Assembly (NCBI GenBank): GCA_965215185.1
Contig: OZ244034.1
Span: 512,001-576,000, forward strand
DNA length: 64,000 nucleotides
From: Acidimicrobiia bacterium
GTDB taxonomy: Bacteria; Actinomycetota; Acidimicrobiia; Spongiisociales; ZC4RG35
Reading direction: 5' to 3'
Below the pieces are notes generated by a model that worked only from the letters and a program-made list of their open reading frames with translations, was not told the origin of the DNA and made no database searches. A program made the translations under genes and the position numbers. The number at the start of each line of letters is the position of its first letter. Within the stretch, counting starts at the first letter, position 1. This document shows, piece by piece, positions 58,290 through 64,000 of the stretch.

Positions 58290-59318
58290 ATGCGCACTGT
58301 CGAGTTGGACTACTTCCTTCCTCCCCAAGCGGTGGCGCAGACCCCAGTGGAGCCCCGCCACTCTTCGCGCCTGCTTGATACCCGCACTTTCGGTGACCGG
58401 ACCTTTTCGGATTTGCCTGACCTTTTGGAAGAGGGGGACCTGTTGGTGGTCAACCGGACCAGGGTGCGGGCCGCCCGGCTTCTGGGCCGGAAAGCCGGAA
58501 CGGGAGGGAAGGTGGAGGCGTTATTGGCCCGCCGTCTCTCCCCACACCGGTGGGAGGCGCTGGTGCGCCCGGCCCGTCGGCTTCGCGCCGGATTGATATT
58601 GGATTTTGGCCCGCTTCGGGGGCAGTTGTTAGCAGGCCCCGTCGACGGAGTGGCGGAATTGATGTTGAGCGGAGACGGGGATGTGGAGGAACTGGTGGAA
58701 GAGGCGGGAAAGGTGCCGCTTCCACCTTACATAACCCGTGATCTACCGGATCCGGAGCGGTATCAGACTGTTTTTGCCTCCCGGTTGGGATCGGCCGCCG
58801 CCCCGACTGCTGGTCTCCATTTCACTTCCCCATTGTTGGAGGCTCTCGCCCGAAGAGGTGTGGAGCGTGCCGAGATCGACCTGGAGGTGAGCTGGGCGAC
58901 CTTTCGTCCGATTGGTGTGGAGCGCCTTGAGGATCATCCCATGGGTTTGGAGCGCTTTCGGCTCTCGGAGGAGACGGCAGAGGCGGTGACCCGATGTCGG
59001 GCGAGGGGGGGACGGGTTGTGGCGGTGGGCACCACAGTAGTAAGGACCTTGGAGACCTGCGCCGTCCAGGACGGTCTGGTGACCGCCCGAGAGGGGGAGA
59101 CCGACTTGTACCTGACGCCGGGCTGCCGTTTGCAGGTGGTTGATTTGCTGATCACCAACTTCCATGCCCCCCGATCAAGCCTCTTGGCGCTGGTGTGGGC
59201 CTTCATGGGCGAAGAGTGGCGGGAGGCGTATCGCATCGCCTTGGAACGGGGATATCGCTTCCTCTCCTTCGGGGATGCCATGTTGGCCGAACGCCACTGC
59301 GGCAAGGCCCGATTGTGA
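58290..59318 (+). CDS. queA: tRNA preQ1 ribosyltransferase-isomerase
   Basis: PLPPYI, YQTVFA, AAPTAGLHF, TNFH, FLSFGDAM. Confidence 0.95.
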   Translation: MRTVELDYFLPPQAVAQTPVEPRHSSRLLDTRTFGDRTFSDLPDLLEEGDLLVVNRTRVRAARLLGRKAGTGGKVEALLARRLSPHRWEALVRPARRLRAGLILDFGPLRGQLLAGPVDGVAELMLSGDGDVEELVEEAGKVPLPPYITRDLPDPERYQTVFASRLGSAAAPTAGLHFTSPLLEALARRGVERAEIDLEVSWATFRPIGVERLEDHPMGLERFRLSEETAEAVTRCRARGGRVVAVGTTVVRTLETCAVQDGLVTAREGETDLYLTPGCRLQVVDLLITNFHAPRSSLLALVWAFMGEEWREAYRIALERGYRFLSFGDAMLAERHCGKARL

Positions 59319-60433
59319 ACGCGGTCTCCTGGACGCAACAGGCCACCGAGGGCGCCGCCCGGGCGGGCATGCTTCACACTCCCCATGGCGAGGTTCCTAC
59401 TCCGGTGTTCATGCCGGTGGGGACCCGTGCTTCGGTAAAGGGGTTGGACGCCGCTGATCTGGAGGAGATCGGCGTCCCGATCATGCTGGGCAACACCTAT
59501 CACCTGATGCTGCGGCCCGGCTCGGAACTGATCGAGGAGATGGGAGGGCTGCACGGGTTCATGTCCTGGCGGCGCCCGGTGCTGAGCGATTCAGGGGGCT
59601 ACCAGGTTTTCTCTCTCAATCCGCGCATCACCGAGGAGGGAGCGGTCTTTCGTTCCATATACGACGGTTCGAAGGTGAGCCTCACTCCCGAGGAGGCGGT
59701 TCTCCACCAGGAGCGGTTGGGCGCCGACATTGCCATGGTGCTCGACATCTGTCTGGGCCTGCCCTCGCCACTGCCTGAACTCGAGGAGGCGATGCACCGG
59801 ACTTTGCGCTGGTCGGAACGGGCCTTGGCGGCCCATCGCCGCGATGACCAGGCGCTGTTTGGAATAGTGCAGGGGGGAGTCTGTCCACAACTACGCCGCC
59901 AAAGCGCCCGGGCCACCGCCCAACTGGGGTTTCCAGGATTTGGTATCGGGGGATTGTCGGTGGGGGAGTCGGCTGCCGAACGCAACATAGCGCTGGAGGC
60001 CAGCGTGGGGGAGCTTCCGTCCGATCGTCCCCGCTATTTAATGGGCGTGGGGGATTCTTTGGGCATGCTTGACGCCATAGCCAGGGGAGTGGACATGTTC
60101 GACTGTGTTTGGCCCACCCGTCTGGCTCGACACGGGAAGGTGCTCGGTTGGAATGGCGATTACAACTTACGCTCCGCCGCTCACACGCGGGATGAGGCGC
60201 CCCTCGATCCGGACTGCGAATGCCTTGCGTGTAGCCGCTACTCACGGTCCTACCTGCGTCACCTGCTGCGGGTGGGGGAGACAACTTCCCAGCGCCTCAT
60301 CTCCATTCACAATCTCACCTATGCAACCGAGTTGATGGGATCGGCTCGACGGGCGATTCTGGCGGGGGAGTTTGCCGGGTTCCTTGACCGGTTCCATGGA
60401 GGGGAGTTTCCCAAGAAGAGCGCAATCCACTAG
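59315..60433 (+). CDS. tgt: tRNA-guanine transglycosylase
   Basis: TPVFMPVGT, NTYHL, DSGGYQVFSL, GGLSVGE, CECLAC. Confidence 0.96.
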   Translation: MNAVSWTQQATEGAARAGMLHTPHGEVPTPVFMPVGTRASVKGLDAADLEEIGVPIMLGNTYHLMLRPGSELIEEMGGLHGFMSWRRPVLSDSGGYQVFSLNPRITEEGAVFRSIYDGSKVSLTPEEAVLHQERLGADIAMVLDICLGLPSPLPELEEAMHRTLRWSERALAAHRRDDQALFGIVQGGVCPQLRRQSARATAQLGFPGFGIGGLSVGESAAERNIALEASVGELPSDRPRYLMGVGDSLGMLDAIARGVDMFDCVWPTRLARHGKVLGWNGDYNLRSAAHTRDEAPLDPDCECLACSRYSRSYLRHLLRVGETTSQRLISIHNLTYATELMGSARRAILAGEFAGFLDRFHGGEFPKKSAIH

Positions 60434-60473
60434 TCTGATATCTTTCGGCGGACCAAGCAGGAGTTGTCTATAT

Positions 60474-60761
60474 ATGATTTTCGCTCAAGAGTCGGCGGGA
60501 AGCCCAGTCTTTACTTGGTTGGTTCTCGGCGGGTTTCTTTTGTTCTTCTATTTCCTACTCATCAGGCCGCAGCGAAAGCGCGCTCGCCAGCAGCAGGATC
60601 TGGTGGCGCATCTGATGTTGGGGGACCAGATCCAGACCATCGGGGGTATCATGGGACAGGTCCGCAGTGTGGAGGATGACGCGGTGATAATCGAGTTGGA
60701 ATACGGGTCGATGCGAATTGCCAAAAAGGCCATAGCTTCCAAACGAGCCTCGGAAGGCTGA
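60474..60761 (+). CDS. yajC: Preprotein translocase YajC
   Basis: FYFLLIRPQRKR, TIGGIMG. Confidence 0.93.
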   Translation: MIFAQESAGSPVFTWLVLGGFLLFFYFLLIRPQRKRARQQQDLVAHLMLGDQIQTIGGIMGQVRSVEDDAVIIELEYGSMRIAKKAIASKRASEG

Positions 60762-60764
60762 TCT

Positions 60765-62276
60765 GTGCTTCGGCGGGTCATCGGCCTGCTGATTGTCGCC
60801 GGGATTGCCTGGGGAGGTCTGATCGCCGTCTATCTGCTGGAGATCGAGCCTAAGCTGGGCCTGGATCTTCAAGGCGGGACGTCAGTGGTGCTAACCGCTC
60901 CGGATGATACCGACCCTGACGTAATGGAATATGCCGTGGACATAATGCGCCGCCGCATAGAAGATGTGGGGGGAGTACAGGAACCGGAGATCTCCATCTC
61001 GGGGGGGACAACCGTCTTGGTGCAGCTGCCCGGTGTTCAAAACGAACAACAGGCCCTGGACGCCATTGGGCGAACCGGACGTCTCTCGTTCCGTCCGGTG
61101 CTGGAGTCCACTCCCGGTTTTGAGGGGCCGCTGGTCACAACCACCAACACTGCGTCGTCCGAACCCGGAGAGGATGCAGCCGATTCCGAAGAAACCGTGG
61201 TCATCACCACTACTACCACCACCCTCCCCGATGTCCCCGAAGGAGTGGATCCGGTGACCGGGCACACCATCGATGAAGACCCGGACAAGATCGCCTATCT
61301 GCCGAGCTTCAGCTTGTTCGGAGTTGAGGTTCTCACCCTCGGGCCGACCTCGATGACCGGTTCGGACGTCTCCCAGGCTCTTCCCGGATTCAGCAACACC
61401 TCTGCACAATGGGTGGTGAACCTTTCTCTGACTTCTCAAGGGTCTGACTTATTTGCCCACCTCACCGGCGTAGCAGCGTCCTATCCGATTGGCGATCCCC
61501 GTCGCCAGATCGCCATTGTGTTGGACGGACAGATCATCGCTTCTCCCCAGGTGGCTGAGGATGTGACTGCCGGCGTGGGAATCACCGGTGGTGACGCAGT
61601 GATCACTTTGGGTACCGACCCCACCGCCGAGGAGCAGGCCCAAAACCTGGCAGTAGTTCTTCGATACGGTTCGCTGCCGGTGGCATTCGAAAGGAGTCAG
61701 GTAGAGAAGGTCTCGGCGACTTTGGGGTCGGATTCGCTACGGATCGGCTTGGTGTCAGGTATAGCGGGATTGATCCTGGTGGCGGTGGTGCTGCTGCTCT
61801 ATTACCGAGCGTTGGGACTGGTGGCGGTTTTGGGGATCGGGGTCTTCGGGTCCCTGCTGATCGCTATCTATGCGCTGTTGGGACACTTCCAGGGTGTGAC
61901 GCTGACGTTGGCGGGGATAACGGGGATAATCGTGGCGGTAGGGATCACCGCCGACTCCTATATCGTCTATTTTGAACGGATCAAGGACGAACTGCGCGCT
62001 GGCAGAACCGTCCCGTCGGCCACAACTCAGGGTTTCCGCACCGCTTTTCGCACCATTCTCACCGCTGACACCGTCTCCATTCTGGGGGCCACTCTTCTGT
62101 GGATATTGACGGTGGGAGCGGTGAAAGGGTTTGCCTTGTCGTTGGGCATCGCCACTGTGCTTGACATCTTCGTGGCCCGGGCCTTTACCCGCCGGGCGGC
62201 CTGGGTGTTGGCTCACACTCCCGTGGGCCGTTCCGGTTGGTTCTCCATCCCAGCCGCCGCCGGAGAAAAGCAATGA
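60765..62276 (+). CDS. secD: Protein translocase SecD
   Basis: LGLDLQGG, ADSYIVYFERIKDE, VKGFA. Confidence 0.96.
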   Translation: MLRRVIGLLIVAGIAWGGLIAVYLLEIEPKLGLDLQGGTSVVLTAPDDTDPDVMEYAVDIMRRRIEDVGGVQEPEISISGGTTVLVQLPGVQNEQQALDAIGRTGRLSFRPVLESTPGFEGPLVTTTNTASSEPGEDAADSEETVVITTTTTTLPDVPEGVDPVTGHTIDEDPDKIAYLPSFSLFGVEVLTLGPTSMTGSDVSQALPGFSNTSAQWVVNLSLTSQGSDLFAHLTGVAASYPIGDPRRQIAIVLDGQIIASPQVAEDVTAGVGITGGDAVITLGTDPTAEEQAQNLAVVLRYGSLPVAFERSQVEKVSATLGSDSLRIGLVSGIAGLILVAVVLLLYYRALGLVAVLGIGVFGSLLIAIYALLGHFQGVTLTLAGITGIIVAVGITADSYIVYFERIKDELRAGRTVPSATTQGFRTAFRTILTADTVSILGATLLWILTVGAVKGFALSLGIATVLDIFVARAFTRRAAWVLAHTPVGRSGWFSIPAAAGEKQ

Positions 62277-63358
62277 ACGCCTGGCAGAAGATCTCTCGGG
62301 GTGAGACACAGATCGACTTCGTCGGTCTGCGCCGCCGCTGGTTCTATCTCTCGGCGGTTCTGCTGGCGATCTCCGTGATCATGTCCACGGTGTTCGGACT
62401 CAACCTGGGTTTGGAGTTCACGGGAGGCGTGCAGGTGCAGACCGACAATCGCAGCGGGGCAAGCGTGGCAGAACTAGAAGCCGCTTTGAGCGTTTTAGGG
62501 GTGGTGGATTATCGTATCCAGGAGATTGACGAAGGGCAGGGAGTCCGGGTGCAGACCGGACCCATTCCTCCCTCGGTCGAAGACGAGATGGTGGCTACCC
62601 TGGCTAATTTGGTGGGAGCGCCGCCTGAGGACGTAAACCGACAAGCGGTGGGGCCGACCTTCGGAGCCCTGGTGGCTCGGCGAGCATTGTGGGCCTTGGG
62701 GGTGTTTTTGGGGGCGGTGGTGATTTTCATCTCGATCCGCCTCCAATGGAAGATGGCTCTTTCGGGAATCGTTGCTCTGCTACACGATCTCATGATCACC
62801 GTCGGAATATATGCCATAACCCGTTTCGAGGTAACCCCCGCCACGGTGGTGGCGGCCCTCACCGTGTTGGGTTATTCGCTCTACGACACAGTGGTGGTTT
62901 TTGATCGGGTCAGGGAATTGGAAGGCGATTACTCCGATGTCCTGACCTATTCGCAGATTGTCAATCGGTCGATGAACATGGTGCTGGCCCGTTCCATAAA
63001 CACCTCGCTCACCTCGCTGATCCCGGTGGGAAGCATCCTGTTCGTAGGGTCTTTGATTCTCGGAGCCGCCCCCCTGCGCGACTTCTCCCTGGCGCTGTTC
63101 GTGGGAATAGCGGCGGGGACCTACTCGTCTATCTTCGTAGCTTCTCCTCTATTGGCGCTGTGGAAGGAGAGGGAGGTCACCTGGAGGAATCAAAGGCGCA
63201 GAGTGGACAGAAGGCGCCCCGAGATTGATCCTGATTTACCCGCGGAGATCGAAGAGCCGCTCCAGCAGGCACCCATCACTTCTGGTGTCCTGCCCATAGA
63301 TGGAATGGGAACCCCTCGTCCGCCCCGGCGCCGTCGAAGTCGCCGTAGGGCCCGATAG
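62273..63358 (+). CDS. secF: Protein translocase SecF
   Basis: LGLEFTGG, GYSLYDTVVVFDRVRE, GTYSSIFVA. Confidence 0.96.
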   Translation: MNAWQKISRGETQIDFVGLRRRWFYLSAVLLAISVIMSTVFGLNLGLEFTGGVQVQTDNRSGASVAELEAALSVLGVVDYRIQEIDEGQGVRVQTGPIPPSVEDEMVATLANLVGAPPEDVNRQAVGPTFGALVARRALWALGVFLGAVVIFISIRLQWKMALSGIVALLHDLMITVGIYAITRFEVTPATVVAALTVLGYSLYDTVVVFDRVRELEGDYSDVLTYSQIVNRSMNMVLARSINTSLTSLIPVGSILFVGSLILGAAPLRDFSLALFVGIAAGTYSSIFVASPLLALWKEREVTWRNQRRRVDRRRPEIDPDLPAEIEEPLQQAPITSGVLPIDGMGTPRPPRRRRSRRRAR

Positions 63359-63396
63359 AACTCCTGAGAGAGGGCCGTTCAGTTAGACTGACGAGC

Positions 63397-64000
63397 GTGG
63401 CCGACAGCTTAGAGCGGCGCCCTGCTACCAGTGATCTCAACGGGTCGGATGATCCGTTAGCCGGGGTGGTGTCGCGCTTTTTAAGCCATCACCCCGCGGG
63501 CGACACGGACTTGTTGTATCGGGCTTACCAGGTGGCTGAGGAGGCACATCGGGGGCAGTTTCGCAAGTCAGGGGATCCCTACATCGTGCACCCGGTGACG
63601 GTGACCCGGATTCTGGCCGATCTGGGGATGGACGGATCCACTTTGGCGGCGGGCCTGCTGCATGACACCTTGGAGGACACCGATCTCAAATACAAGGATG
63701 TGAAAAAGCTATTCGGCGTGCAGATAGCTGATCTCATCGATGGGGTCACCAAGCTGGACCGAATCTCCTATCCCAACCGCGAGGAGGCGCAGGCGGCCAC
63801 CATCCGCAAAATGGTGGTGGCCATGGCCCGGGACGTGCGGGTGCTGGTCATCAAACTGTGTGACCGTTTGCACAACATGCGCACGGTGAGCGCTCTCCGT
63901 CTTCCCAAGCAGCGAGCGGTGGCCACCGAGACCTTGGATGTGTACGCACCGCTGGCCCACCGGCTGGGAATCCAGGAGATCAAGCATGAGTTGGAAGATC
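63397..64000 (+). CDS. relA: Bifunctional (p)ppGpp synthetase/hydrolase RelA/SpoT; runs off the window (not in the ORF track)
   Basis: AHRGQFRKSGDPYIVHP, LLHDTLED, IKLCDRLHNMRT, YAPLAHRLGI. Confidence 0.95.
   Translation, partial: MADSLERRPATSDLNGSDDPLAGVVSRFLSHHPAGDTDLLYRAYQVAEEAHRGQFRKSGDPYIVHPVTVTRILADLGMDGSTLAAGLLHDTLEDTDLKYKDVKKLFGVQIADLIDGVTKLDRISYPNREEAQAATIRKMVVAMARDVRVLVIKLCDRLHNMRTVSALRLPKQRAVATETLDVYAPLAHRLGIQEIKHELED

Noticed and set aside
20392-63358. Numerous long antisense or overlapping ORFs in the six-frame track
   Set aside because: Typical high-GC shadow ORFs opposite well-supported genes, with no motifs.

Overview
High-GC actinobacterial chromosome segment. Markers are mshD, pgsA-patA-pimA, an actinobacterial LexA with TCGAAC-N4-GTTCGA boxes, and rny; the gene set suggests a deep-branching, Acidimicrobiia-like lineage (inference). 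From about 20.4 kb to the end it is mostly intact core genome: ilvE, gltX, mdh, leuCD, cinA-thpR-recA-rny-miaB-miaA-dapF, lexA, dut, tRNAs, mshD-thrS, PIM synthesis, pdxST, yebC-ruvCAB-queA-tgt-yajC-secDF-relA. The first 20 kb holds most of the interesting signal. (1) A TlpA-type thioredoxin missed by the ORF track has an in-frame TGA in place of its catalytic Cys (WAEW-U-PAC), followed by a SECIS-like hairpin, so it is a probable selenoprotein. It lies next to a complete System I ccmABCDEFH(I)G operon that includes an unannotated ccmD. (2) An accessory patch at 11.6-20.3 kb contains a decayed beta-clamp paralog, an orphan MT-A70 methyltransferase, a DUF222-HNH relic, and an HsdR_N-type nuclease with two tandem SeqA-like domains. 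The second domain is out of frame at a C9 tract, making this a candidate phase-variable, modification-dependent restriction enzyme. Also notable are an archaeal-type GAPDH homolog and a recA promoter region with both a LexA box and a PafBC/RecA-NDp-type motif. All family assignments are by eye from motifs; no searches were run.
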